Notes: generated from the letters alone by a model not told the origin. 64,000 nucleotides of DNA from the human T2T-CHM13v2.0 reference genome, Homo sapiens (GCF_009914755.1 NC_060932.1); one strand, 5' to 3'. Shown: positions 1 to 12,943, counted from the stretch's first letter. Numbers and translations: made by a program.

Positions 1-90
1 ATATGACTGAGGGTTATGAGTCTTCATGGCATTTTAACTGAAGCTTGAAAACCAAAATAGCCTAAACTCAATAAGGATAAAATTTTACAT

Positions 91-215
91 ATTCTCAAAT
101 TCTAATGTGCATATGAATTATTGGTATTGGTCAGTAGTTTTGATCCTGAGATTTTTCATTTCTAACAAGATACCAGGGATTATCATGGTTGCTGAACTAC
201 AAACTACAAAACTGT
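91..215. mobile_element. MER5A-like hAT-Charlie DNA transposon relic
   Basis: ttctcaaattctaatgtgcatatgaat...catttctaacaagataccaggg resembles the MER5A consensus. Confidence 0.55.
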
Positions 216-434
216 AGTGGAAACAGTCCAAAGATGCAGAGCAGGGGAATGTTAATTTGGAACTTTCATATGCAATCTACTCAGCTTCTCTTCCCTAATC
301 ATTCCTCCCATTTAAATGATGGTTTAATTACTTGTTTTTTCTCGTTTTTCTTTCATCTTTCATCTTGCAGATATCTCACATCCCTGACCACTTATTTCTC
401 CAAATTAAGAAATGATCTTTGCTCATATCATTGC

Positions 435-516
435 TATATATATATATACACAAAAAAATATATATGAATGTATGTATATCTTTTTGTATGTATATATACA
501 TATATACACGCACATA

Positions 517-551
<35 letters not shown>

Positions 552-552
552 G
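435..552. repeat. compound (TA)n/(TG)n microsatellite
   Basis: direct reading. Confidence 0.9.
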
Positions 553-621
553 TTAGAATAGTAAAAATAAGGTGAAGTGAAGGAAGTAGATGATATCCAT
601 GACGTTTAAGATTAGATGTGC

Positions 622-883
622 ACAGCAACTCAGGAGGCCGACAGGAGAATTTCTTGAGGCCAGGAGTTCAATACCAGCTTCTGCAACATAGCGAGACTCT
701 GTCTCTACTAAAGAATAAAAACTTACCAAATATGATGGTTTGTGCTTGTAGTCCCAGCTACTCAGAAGGCTGAGGTGGGAGGGTCACCTGAGCCCAAGAG
801 ATTGAGGTTGCAGCGAGCTATGATCATTCTACTGTACTCCAGCCTGGGCAACAAAGTGAGATCCTGAGTTAAAGAAAAAAAAA
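622..883 (+). mobile_element. AluJ, 5'-truncated and diverged
   Basis: cttgaggccaggagttcaataccagc, J-type right arm (cctgagcccaagag, gctatgatc), short A tail. Confidence 0.9.
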
Positions 884-1310
884 TTACATGTTCCAAACTG
901 AAAATCACAACTAAGGGAATAGTACAAGAAGGTAAACAAAGCATCCGTGCATGAAATATAGTTAAATAGGCACAATTTAATTGAGTTTTGTATACTGCAT
1001 CATAATGAATATATGTGCTGTAAAAATAAAATACAATAAAGCTGATACTGGAAATTCCAGATTACAATTTCTGACATATGAAGTCTGTACATTGTTTTTT
1101 CTTAAAGCCTCATTGACATAACTTTATTTAGATCTGCTATGACCTCTTAATAAAGGGCACTTTATATCTTTGACATTTAGAAATAAACTACAATTCTTAT
1201 ATTAATAAGGTAAAGTTTTCTTTATCTTATTGGAAATAACCACATTGTTCCCAATAATTCGTTTTTGTTCTCAGCCTCCCTTTGAAGTTTCTAATAGAAC
1301 ACAAGTAAGA

Positions 1311-1530
1311 CTGTATAATGTAGAGATCTGGTGTCAAATTGTCTAGGCTTAAATCTTGGCTCTGTATTATGTTCTTTTACTTTAAAAAGTGACCTAACCT
1401 CTCTGGGCTTCAGTGTTTCTATCTGAAAAATGGGGATAATAACTGACTAATCCGTTTTTTAAAAAATTAGTGGAAGTACATAAAAACTACTTAAGATAGT
1501 GTTTAACACACAATGTTCACTTTGTAAATC
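1311..1530 (+). mobile_element. MIR SINE
   Basis: core acctctctgggcttcagtgtttctatctgaaaaatggggataata. Confidence 0.75.
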
Positions 1531-3194
1531 TACAATATTTTGGCACTATGATACCTGCTGGTAACACAAGGATGAAATGAAATAAGTTCTGTTCTGATTT
1601 ATGGATTCTTGGAGAGCAAGATGTATTGTAGGTACAAACCAATATACTGGATGGAGAGGAGTCAAGTCTGAGTCAATACTGAGATGTTGAACGTAGCTCA
1701 GTGGAAAACTTTCCTGTTGGCTAGTAAAATGGATGAAGAAATCTATGCTGAAAATAATAAGAGGCAGACAGCATTACTGTTTCCCATCGTTGATTTCAGA
1801 GAGGAATGAGGACTGTAGTTTGCAACAAGCTTTGAAAAACCATTATTATCTTAAATATATGAAATTCAAACAATACATGTGCTGGTTGGTTTAATACATA
1901 TAAAAAATTAATAGGAAATGCCTTGTCCCACAGTTCCAAAGAACCAATATTCTATAATTTTTTTCACAATGTTTGAACTTAATGACTTAGATATATAGAT
2001 ATATAATAGTGATTGTCTAAGCCTCCCAAAAATAATAGTGGCATTTTACTATTTTCACTGTATCCTTAATCTTTTGCTTGTAATATCTGTATCAGTAATA
2101 CCTGAGAATATATTATAACAAATAAAATAGTACATAAAGAGATATTTGAAAAACAGTTTAATTTTTTTCTCCATCTCCTCCCTTAGTAGTACTCTATTAC
2201 TGTAACTCAATAGCACTCTATTACTAAATCTTCCATGCTTTTTTCTGGGATTATAAATTAATTTGCAAACTTGACTCATAGAAAATAGTCATACAAATGC
2301 ATACATATAGTATTTTCTTTATTTTTTAGTTTGTTTTAAAAAATTAGGATTATATCTCATATACTATATTAATTAAACTTATTGGCATATCAAGGTGTGT
2401 TTTAAGGAAAATGTAGTCAGACCAGAATGCTCTGTGCTTTGAAATAACTTTATTTTTCTTTTTTGTTTTGTTTGTAATGCCAACCAGAGCCCCTGAGTAG
2501 CACAAGGTAAAAGCTGTCATCACATCTAATTGATAGTATTCTGAACAAGAGAATAAACTATTTGACATTTATAATACAATTTTTAAATTGTTCTATCTTA
2601 CAGAAATATTGAAACTAGCTTGAAGACCATTATTAATTTTTCAGTCTTTAGGTGTTTTTACATTCAAACCATGTACACAGATTTACCTATTTAACTCTTG
2701 AAATGTATAATGAATAACGAGCACTGGAAAAGGAAATTGTTAACTTGAAGAATTCTATCAGAATCCCTGCTGAGCAATATAAAAATTTTAAATATAGGAG
2801 CAGTCATGAGCGTTACTTCTTCAAATAAGCTCTGGGAATCGTTCTTAGAGGATTATGGTGATCATGTTTTCTTAAGGGAGTGGTTAGGTGACAGGAAGGA
2901 TAAAGTGACAAACTTCTCCACCCTCTGCTGCTTCTTGTTAAGGCCACAACTGGTATTCATCTCCCTTTCCTACTACCCATTCTGGATGCTAATCACACTC
3001 GGCTAGCAAACACCTCTGCAGGTCTCAGTGACTTACTTGGTGAAGGATCCCAAACTGTCACGCCTGTGCTATGAACCCTTATCCTCCGTGATTTTTTAAG
3101 CCAGGGGCACTCCACTTGTCATGGATTGGAAAAAATAAATAAATAAAAGGTGGTATCGAAATAGATCACAGAAGTGCCAAACATTTAGGATACC

Positions 3195-3570
3195 AGATTA
3201 GACAACTTAGATTAAATAAACAAATTCCTAGAATGACATAAATTATCAAATATCGACCAAGAGGGCAAAGAAAATCTGATTATAACGAGTAAATATAATA
3301 AATAGGAATATTATTTAAAATCTTCCCCCATGCTGATAAAAAAAGAAGCCCACAACTTTGTTTCTTTTATTTATGAATTGAATAGTGAATTATAGCAAAC
3401 ATGTAAATAATAAATAATAATAATCCTTCACAACCTATTTTACAAAATAGAAGAAAGAATACCTCTCCTCATTCTATAAAATTAGTATTACCTTAATATT
3501 AAGGCTAGACTTAGACACTGCAAGAAAAAAGAGAGCTGAAAAACACTCATGAACATATATGCAAAAATAA
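3195..3570 (+). mobile_element. old L1 (L1M) ORF2 fragment
   Basis: acaacttagattaaataaacaaattcctagaa...cattctataaaattagtattaccttaata...ctcatgaacatatatgcaaaaat matches L1 ORF2 nucleotide motifs. Confidence 0.7.
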
Positions 3571-3589
3571 TTTTATTTAAATTTTGTTT

Positions 3590-5010
3590 CAAAGTGCATT
3601 GTTATATACTGTAGTCACCATATTGTACAATATTTATCTCTTGAACTTATTTCTCCTAACTCATATTTTGTATCAGTTCTTGAACATCTCTTCAACTCCT
3701 TCTGCTCAGCCCCTGGTAACCATCATTCCTTGTCTACTTCTGAGTTTGACTTTTTTGCATTCCACATATAGGTGAGATTATTCATTATTTGTCTTTCTGT
3801 GCCAGTTTTATTTCGCTTAACAAAATGTCCTCTAGGTTCATCGGTGTTGTCGCAAATGATAGAGTTTTCCTTTTTAAAAATACTGAATATGATTTCATTA
3901 TGTATATATACCACATTTTCTATATCCATCCGTTTCTAGACAATTAGGTTGATTCCATATCTCAAATACTGTAAATAATGCTGAATGAGAATGGGGTGGA
4001 CATATCTCTTTAACATACGGAATTTATTTTCTCTTAATATGTGTCAGTAGTAGAATTAGTGGTTCTACTTTTAATATTTGAGAAACCTCCATATTATTTT
4101 CCTGTAACGGCTGTGCTAATTTACATTTCCACCAACAATGTGCAGTGCTTCCCTTTTCTTCACAACCTTACTAACACTTTTTATCTTCCATCTTTTAATA
4201 GTAGTCATTCTAACAGGTATGTGGTGATATTGTGATTTTTAATTTGCATTTCTCTGATGATTAGTGATATTGAGCATGTACTTCCTGGCCATTGTATGTC
4301 TTCTTTTGAGAAATATTTATTCAGGTCCTTTGTCTATTTTTAATAGGGTTATTTGTTTTTCTACTATTGAGTTGCTTGATTTCCTTAGTATTTTGGATAT
4401 TAACCCTTTGTCAGATATATAAGTTGCAAATATTTTCATGCAGTCTGTAGAGGTCCCTCCACTCTGTTAACTTTTTTTCTCTCTTGGCTGAGCCAAAGCT
4501 TTTCCTTTGGTATAATTCTATTTGTCTGGTTTTGCTATTGTTGTCTGTGTTTTGGGGTTTATATCCAAAAAAAAATTATTAACCAATGTCATGGAGCTTT
4601 TTTCCTAAATTTTCTTCTGACAGTTTTAGAGTTTCAGGTCTTATGTTTAAATATTTAAACTACAAGAATAAATCTCACTTGATCAAGGGGCGTGAACCTT
4701 TTTATTTGCCATTGAATTTGGTTTGCTAGTATTTTTTTGAGGATTTTTGTGTCTATGTTCATCAGGAAAATTACTTGTAATTTTCTCATCTTATAGTGTC
4801 CTTGTCTGACTTTAGTAGCAGTGTAATAATGCTGACCTCATAAAATGAATTGGAAACTATTCCTTCCTCTTCAATTGTTTGGAAAAGTTGAAAAGGATTG
4901 GTGTTAATTCTTCAGGTGTTTGATAGAATTCAGCAGTGAAGCCAATTGGTCCTGAGCATATTGTTGTGAGGAAGCTATTGTATACTGATTTGATCTCTTT
5001 ACACATTTTA
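3590..5010 (-). mobile_element. L1MA-type LINE 3' portion, with an internal jump to more 5' ORF2 sequence near 4660
   Basis: gtagtcaccatattgtacaata, tatttgtctttctgtgcc, tttgcatttctctgatgattagtgatattgagcat, gatttttgtgtctatgttcatcagg are antisense L1 motifs. Confidence 0.85.
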
Positions 5011-5899
5011 CTCTATTGGAAAAGGAAACAAATATTTATTAAAGAGCAGTAAATTACTTATTAAAAATGAGAACTTGTCCTATTAATGCACCCTATTGGC
5101 AGTATTGGCATAAATATCTTTGTACATTAGGTTCATGTGAGGGTCATTTATATCACTTCATATTTAATTAGAGTTTTGGCCTAATTATGCCAATATATGA
5201 AGCTTCACAATTAGGTTTTCAGGAACGGGATTTTTTTTTTTTTTTTGGTGAAAACCTTTAAGTAAAAAAAAAAAATCTACAATATAATTATAATGTAATC
5301 CAAAAGTAAATCAGATTTATGTCAAACTATTCCAGGAAACATTTTATTAAATATTTTTATTGTTTTTGGAAGTAATATGACAGTTTCTAATACTTTCAGA
5401 TAGCAATAAAAAAGCTTTTGGTAGTTTTCTTTAGATATCAGACAGCACCTTTAATAGGAATGTGAGCTCAACAATTTTGACTAGTTCAGCTTTTGCAATG
5501 TATACAATTATCTAAGTCCCTATTTCAGAGGAAAGTATTTTTTAAATTAAAGATACCATGCCAGCCACTGAAGATTGATAAATTATGCCTTCATTATGAA
5601 TAAGTCTAGAAATATCCCTTTAAAATGATTTCTATTTCTCAACCCTGACCTTTCCTTGGAAATAAGATTTTTGTTAAAGGTGTCCTGATCATTTAGCAGC
5701 CATATGTGAACAGTCAGAGTGATGTGTGGAGTTGAAATAACAGTGAGTCTGTGAGTGCTTTTTCCAGAAATAGTAGAGCTTCCAATCGGTGAGCAGGGAC
5801 TGCTTCAAAGACACTTATTGGAAATCTTTCTGGAAAACTGGGATATGGACGATGTTCATAAGATTTGTTTTAGGGTTATTGTGCTAAAAATGTTCGCAG

Positions 5900-6060
5900 A
5901 TTTTGAAAGCTGTAAGTTTTGAAGATTCAGACTCTGGAATGATATTCCATCATGTTTATCATGTTCTATTTGTTAGAAACAATTCACTAGGTCCAGCCTG
6001 CATAAGAGATAATAGGATTACGAAAAGGAGATGAGGATTATTGGGCAATTTTACTGTTCA
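5900..6060 (-). mobile_element. probable MLT1 (MaLR) LTR fragment
   Basis: ttctatttgttagaaacaattcactaggtccagcc resembles antisense MLT1F-J sequence. Confidence 0.4.
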
Positions 6061-6089
6061 ACACTATCCTTTTTCTTTTCCTCTTAATG

Positions 6090-6375
6090 AGAACAAAATG
6101 CAAATTTCTACCAATGGTGAATAAGGACTTCCATAGTCTGAAATCGTCTTCCACCCACCATCTCTTTGACTACATCTTTTAACCCTCTCTCTCTTAGTAA
6201 CACTACTCTAATTATTCTGACCTCCTTGTTCTCTGAAAATGCCAGTCAAGTTACTGTCTCAGGAATTTTTCCATTAAGTTTATTATCTGTCTGAAAATTT
6301 CTTTCTGCAATATCAAATTGCTGTATTATATTTCCTCAATTTTTTTCTCAAATGCCAGCTTAACAGAAAATTTCT
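6090..6375 (+). mobile_element. L2 LINE fragment
   Basis: pyrimidine-rich, ctgacctccttgttctctgaaaatgccag...ctcaaatgccagct as in the L2 3' region. Confidence 0.55.
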
Positions 6376-6376
6376 G

Positions 6377-6585
6377 TGCTGTGGTTTGAATGTGTCCCTA
6401 CAAAATTCAAGTGTTGCTAATGTGGTAGTATTTAGAGATAGGGCGTGTAAGAGATTATTAGCCCAAAAGGGCACCTGCCTCATAAATGACGGTAAGGTCC
6501 TTATAAAAGAGGCTTCAAACAGGTTCTAAAGCTTGCCTTCCAACTTCCACCATTAGAGGGCACAGTATTCCTCCCCTCCAGAGGA
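6377..6585 (+). mobile_element. MST/MLT1A-type MaLR LTR, 5' half
   Basis: starts tgctgtggtttgaatgtgtccc; ccttataaaagaggcttca; ttcctcccctccagagga. Confidence 0.8.
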
Positions 6586-6774
6586 AAAGAAAGGAAGGAA
6601 AAAAGGAATGAAGAAAGGAAGAAAGTAAGGAAGGAAGAAAGGAAGGAAGGAAACGAAATGCAGCAAGAGAGAAAGAAAAAAAAGAAAGAAAGAAAGGCAG
6701 AAAGAAAGAAAAAGAAAAACTAAAAGGAAAGAAGGAAAGGAAAAAAGAAAGAAAGAAGAGAAAGAAGAAAGGAA

Positions 6775-6832
<58 letters not shown>

Positions 6833-6858
6833 AAAGAAATAGGAAGGAAGGAAAGGAA
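6581..6858. repeat. polypurine tract of (GGAA)n/(GAAA)n, with a pure (GAAA)n STR at about 6779-6832
   Basis: direct reading. Confidence 0.95.
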
Positions 6859-7005
6859 GTGCCAAATTTACTTTCAATACACCTTATACTGTTTAAATGG
6901 ACACAATACCAAAACTACATTCTGATTACATATTTCTCAGGACTGATAACAGCTTTCTAGTCTTTAGATATCATCCTCTGTTTCTTTCTTCCTCCAGTAC
7001 TATTC

Positions 7006-7083
7006 TTTTTTTTTTTTTTTTTTTTTTTTTTTGAGATGGAGTTTTGCTCTTGTTGCCCAGTCTGGAGTGCAGTGGCACGATCT
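7006..7083 (-). mobile_element. Alu 3'-end fragment (poly-T plus ~50 bp, Sp/Sq-like)
   Basis: long T run then gagatggagttttgctcttgttgcccagtctggagtgcagtggcacgatct. Confidence 0.9.
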
Positions 7084-8345
7084 GACATTTGTCTGGGCAA
7101 TGATTTTTTAGATATAAACCCAAAAGCACAGGCAACAAAAGCAAAAACAGACATGTGGGATTACAGCAAACTAAAAAAAAAAAAGCTTCTGCACAACCAA
7201 GAAAACAATCAACAGAGTAAAGGGACAGCCTATGGAATGGAAAAAAAGATTTGCCAACCATACATCTGATAAGGTTTTAATATCCAAAATAGCTATGGAA
7301 CTCAAACAACTCAATAGTATTATAGGAAACAAAAAATGGGCAAAGGATATGAGTCGACATTTCTCAAAAGAACGCATTAAATAACCAACGGGTTTATGTT
7401 CACCGTCACTAATCATCAGGAAAATGCAAATTAAAATCACAGTAAGTTATCACCAGAAACTTGTTAGAAGGCTATTATCAAAAAGATGAAAATAACAAGT
7501 GCTGGTGAGGATGTGGCATAAACGGAACCATTGCACACTATTTGTGAGAATATAAACTAGTGCCACTGTTGTAGAATACAGTATAGGCATTCTGCAAAAA
7601 GTTAAAAATAGTACCACTGACCAGCAATCTCACTACTGGGTACATATTCAAAGGAAATGAAATCAGTATTTCAAAAAGATATACGCTCTCCCTGTTTATT
7701 ACAACGTTAGTCGCAATAGCCAAGACATAGAATCAATCTAATTGTCCTGAAGCAGATTAATGAATATAGAAAACGTAATGTGTATGTGTGTATACACTCA
7801 CACACACACATACATGCAATGGGATATGATTCAGCCTTATAAAAGAAGAAAATTCTGTAATTTGTGATGACATGGATGAATTTGGAGGACATTATGTTAA
7901 ATGAAATAAGCCAGACACTAAAGGCAAATACCACATGATCTCACTTACATCTGGAATCTAAACATATACCCTAAAACTTAAAGTATAATAAAAAAAAATT
8001 AACTCATAGAAGTAGAAAATAGAATGGTGATTATCAGAGGAGGAGAAGGGTGGCATTGAAAAGATACTGGTCAAATGATACAAAGTTTCAGTTGAGTAGG
8101 AGAAATTAATTCAATCTATTGTACAATATGGTGACTATATTTAATAATAATGTATGATATTCTTGATAATTGCTAAGAGAATAGATTTTAAGTGTTCTCA
8201 TCCCATAAATAGTAAGCATGTGAGATAATGCACATACCAATTATCTAGATTTAGCCATTTCACAATGTATACATATTTCAGAACAACACATTATACAAAA
8301 TAAACATATAAAATTTTTGTCAGTTAAAAGAGAAATTTAAAAAAC
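7084..8345 (+). mobile_element. L1MA (MA4-5-like) 3' end: ORF2 tail and 3'UTR
   Basis: cccaaaagcacaggcaacaaaagcaaaaacagac, catggatgaatttggaggacattatgttaa, ttagccatttcacaatgtatacatatttcagaac. Confidence 0.9.
7962..7998 (+). mobile_element. extremely truncated young L1PA 3' terminus nested in the L1MA
   Basis: acatataccctaaaacttaaagtataataaaaaaaaa matches the L1PA terminal motif plus A tail. Confidence 0.75.
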
Positions 8346-8819
8346 CTTTTTATCTAAAAATAACTTTTGACAGTAGATCACTGTGATTTATGGCATTCAA
8401 CCCAAACCATGTTCAAAAATTAGGTGAATTTTAATAACAAAAGTCCATTCACATTTGCTTATATATAACTTGTTTATATAAACAAAGTGTATGAGTACTT
8501 ACAACTACAAAAAGAATAATAGAAAATGAATGTAGTCCCCTAATTTATTTAGAAATAAGTAATTTTGATCACGGATATATTAATTAATGAAAAGAATCAC
8601 CATTTTTCTCATTTTTGCTTTTCAAAATTATTAATGTTTTTATCATCTTTTGAATAATTGTGGTAGTCCTTTTCAATATTTAAGACTTAGAAATTTACAA
8701 TCCATACATTTTTCTAAAGAATATAGAAACTTTTGCTGCAAAGTAATATATAGTTGGATTACTAAAATTGTTTTGACATACGTTACATAAGAACATAATT
8801 ACATAAGGATTTGAAATTG

Positions 8820-8885
8820 CATACATGTGTATGTATACATATGTGTATTATATATATGTGTAGATATATATTATATATGTATGTG
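8820..8885. repeat. TA/TG low-complexity repeat
   Basis: direct reading. Confidence 0.75.
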
Positions 8886-11045
8886 AATTCAGGAGTCAGA
8901 AATAATGATATAATTTTTGATTAATTCAAAAATGTATCAAAATCATTGTTTTAACTGTATTGTAGGCATCAAATCTCTGTGATATTTATTTTCTATTGAA
9001 TATATTTAATTGTTTTTAGTTACTAAGTTGCATATACTGCTGATTACATACTTGGAACTGCTAAGTTCATGATAATGATTTTCATTGTCAGTAAAAAGAT
9101 GGTGAACAGACACATAGTTTAACAATATTTGAGATGTTTGTTATCAGTGATGACTGAATGCAATTGATATTATGTCCAATCTATTTCATGGAAATGTGGG
9201 ACCAAAGCCTAAATTAGCTTAAGGATGCTTAATTTAAAGCTTGTCAGCTTATAAGACGTCACTGAAATGATACATAAACTGGAGCAAAAGAACTAATTCC
9301 AAGAACTTTAACATGAGCCAATGTATACACAAGTAATACAAGCTCAGTAAAACAGTAGCTCAGCATGATTTGAACTTAAATATAAGAAAGTGAAGATTAT
9401 TTTTCTTTTTTTTAAAATCTGATGCACCCTGGGGTATCCATATGTAAAATAAGATTCACTAAATAAACAATTCTTATCAAAACATAATTTAAAAAATATA
9501 TTTACCTCACTTCAAAGGAAAACTATTAGAGGCCATTAATTAATAATCTCAAATTAGTCTTCTGCTTATCATAGGATAAAACAATATATTGATGTTTATC
9601 TACTTTACTGAAAATATGACATTGTGCCAATATTTTAATTTTATAAAGAGAAGTGCCATATTGTATTGTAAATGGACATTATGCTATAGCATGTAATGCC
9701 AAATCCAGAAGTGATTAATTTAATTCTGTTATCGGCTTCATGACGAAATTGTTATAAAAATGAAACTATATTCAAAAGGCAACAAAATAACCATGGAGAA
9801 GAAACAATAACAAGATGTTAAATGAAAGGTATGCAATGACTGAAAAAAAGTTCCTTGTTTGCAATGTTTATTTGGAATAAAATCTTTGTCCCTGAAATAA
9901 GTAGAAATTAAAAGGAGCAAGATGTCAAATTTAGGTTGACATGCCAATGCCAGCAAATGCAGTAATTAGTTAAGGGGCAGCCAAGTTAAACACAATCCAA
10001 TAAGCTGAAACTAACTAAAATGATGCAAGACCAAGAATCGTCTGAAATGTTTTGTTGTTGTTTTGTTGTTTTCTACCAGATCATAACTATATTCTCACTG
10101 AGGCCAATGAAAAGAAAAACATTTCTAATTGGGTTTTTAAGTGACATTATCATCGAGCAAGTATTTGGTCTGAAAAAGAAAAACATAGGTAGAAGGTTAT
10201 GGGGAAAGGAATTAGATGAACAGTAAGATGTGTTAGGCAGGCTCAAGACATATAAATGTACAAAGTAAATTCAGAGGAATGGTGAAAGCATGCATGTGTG
10301 CACCTGGGGGTAAGAGTGATGCTAGGCAGTATAGGGATTTACATTTTGACCTACATGGCATAAACTCAAACTAGGCAGTCACTGTAGACTTTTTTTTTTC
10401 AGGAGATTAAGCAGAGCCAGTGTTCTAGGAGCTTGTTTAACTTCATGTCCCCAATAATGGATCATAATCTCTATCACCCAGCTTCACTCCTGTACAAAAT
10501 TCTCTTTCTCTAATGTATCTGACAGATGCACAAAAGTTTGCATTAAAAATTTCCAGATACATACTTCATTATTTCCAACTTCAAGTTAATTTTTCAAACT
10601 TACTTCCAGCAGAAAATATATAAAATAAAGAAACATTTAAATCTATATAGAATGGGGTTCATGAAGTCAGTTTCTAAATCTGCACAAATACAGCATTTAA
10701 CAAAATCACCAGTGTCATCAAGAAAGAACATCTTTCATCTGCGTTGTCTATTTTTGTAATGGGGGCATTTTATTTCCACAAAGAACAGATCCAGTTAGCT
10801 AATATATAGTAAGCAAAGTAATTACATTGAAACTGACACATTTTCATTATCAAAAATGAGTCTGATTCAAACTGGTGGCCTGAAGGTGAAAATTGTGTGT
10901 ATTATTTTACTGAACACAAGATTTTTTTAACTTTTTTTCTTAATCTTTATTTTTCACAATAAGTGCCATGAAATATTGTATATTTATCCTAAAGCTACAT
11001 TACTGTTATTACTATATGTTTCCTATGTTAATATAAATGAAACAT

Positions 11046-11172
11046 GGCAGATGTTATATTATTAAGGTTTATATTGCAAATACTCTTTCATTTGTCCATC
11101 TTAGATAGGTTCAGTCGGTACTCCATGAGGCAAATGATTCTGCCTGTCGGCTTACCTCACAGATCTAGAAAT
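11046..11172 (+). repeat. local direct duplication, copy 1 (partner 12821-12943)
   Basis: ggcagatgttatattattaagg...agatctagaaat occurs twice; 8 substitutions and one 4-bp indel by hand count. Confidence 0.95.
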
Positions 11173-12089
11173 CACGAACACATAAGATGCTGACCTCAAG
11201 CAATATTCCTTCTGATTTGTTCCCTTTCACAGCACACTTGGCTTATGCCCCATTACTTCCCATGTATTGTTTCATCTCAAGAGTTTATCAGAAAATGGAG
11301 AGGTGGGGGAGAGGGAGAAATAGAAAAGAAGATGGATTTTAAAGTTATAGAAAAATTGCTTTCAATACGAACCAAATACGTTGAAAAGCTAAATCCACAG
11401 CAACTCTTTGAATAAAAAGTAGATCTCATAGGTTTCGCCAGGCTGATTTGATCTTAGTATTTGTTTTCTACACTATCTAAACTACACTATCTAAACTAAT
11501 CCTGAATATTACAAAATCCAGTGGCCCAGATTAATACTTTTTTGTTTTGAATATTTATATCTGTCACTGCTTTCTCTTATTTGAACAGTCTCACTATAAA
11601 AACAAATACATCATATACAAAAATTTGAGAAATATTAAATTCAGTAGGCTTTTGAAAATGTTATTTAAAACCTTTAAATGCAAGTGTAACTCCTTTATAA
11701 CATATGTTTACTATTTTTTAAAAGCTAAAGGAATCTATCCTGTCTTTTGCGTATTGTCATCCTATTTCCATTGTGCATCTATTTCCCCTGCTTTTCTCTT
11801 CATTCCTATGATTCAAGATTATCTTCCAAGGCCAGAGTGTATGAGAGGCCAATAACATTAGACCACCCAACATTTAAGCAGCATAAATCAGAAAAAAACG
11901 AACATGGTGGCATCAATGAGGTTTTGCCCTATGGCTTTATCTCTCACTTCCTCATGCCAAATTCCTTACCTGCTTTCCCTTCTTAGCAGAAGACCCACCA
12001 TGCCAAATCCAGTTTCAGTTCCAGCCGCTAATTGAGATCTTAGCTCGTGAGAAGCCAAAGTCTTGTTTTCAGGCACTTGATCTTGAAGA

Positions 12090-12090
<1 letters not shown>

Positions 12091-12138
<48 letters not shown>
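12091..12138. repeat. (ATT)16 trinucleotide STR
   Basis: direct reading. Confidence 0.95.
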
Positions 12139-12820
12139 TACAAGCTGTATGTTTTGGACCAATTGTTAGCCAGGTATATAAATTTTATTCATCCTTTTGC
12201 CTTTGAGTATTTGTTCTATTTTCAATTTCCTAAACTAAACAAAATTTCCTAATATATTAGGAAAAAATATATCTATTATAGTCATAAAACTAAGTGAGAT
12301 AAATCCACATAAAGTGTACTGCAAGTGGATTCAAATTATATCCTAACTCTCTGCTTAATAGAAAAGATATGAAAACTGAAAAAGCAATATATCTAAAAAT
12401 GATTGAAAAATAAAATAATAGAAAATAATATGTCAGATAACTTCTGTTATTAATGGAAAGTGAGCTGTGGTTGTATTATTTTTGAGAAAAGGAAGAAAAA
12501 AATTATAATTTTGTATCTTGAAACCGCCCAATATTCTGTAATGATATACATAATCATGGCAATGCTAATTTTAAAAATGCGGGAAAATAGTGGAAAGATA
12601 ATGCAAGAGCCATGAGACATATTTAAAGTACAACAAGTTTGATTTGATTCCAGAAAGCAAAGCATGGGCAACGTCCATAATATATGTAAACAGAAAACAG
12701 TGATGAATTTACTAAAACTAATGAAAGACAATGAATGACAGAACTATGGTATGTGTGGAAGGCAAAACATGACAATTAGGAGGAATAGCACAAGTAAGCA
12801 CTTAAAGAAGGCATAATAAG

Positions 12821-12943
12821 GGCAGATGTTATATTATTAAGGTTTATATTGCAAATACTCTTTTACTTGTGCATCTTAGGTTCACTCGTTACTCCATGAG
12901 GCAAATGATTCTGCCTATCAGCTTACCTCATAGATCTAGAAAT
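12821..12943 (+). repeat. local direct duplication, copy 2 (partner 11046-11172)
   Basis: same alignment as copy 1. Confidence 0.95.

Noticed and set aside
6515-6877. 120-aa Phe/Ser/Leu-rich ORF that looks like a membrane protein
   Set aside because: It is the translation of the (TTTC)n/(TTCC)n tract.
11468-11495. 14-bp tandem duplication ctacactatctaaa x2 (similar short repeats at 2187-2225 and 21169-21214)
   Set aside because: Ordinary micro-duplications with only two units, so not an array or CRISPR-like structure.
11046-12943. Direct repeats as the LTRs of a small retroelement
   Set aside because: There are no TG/CA termini, TSD, primer-binding site or polypurine tract.
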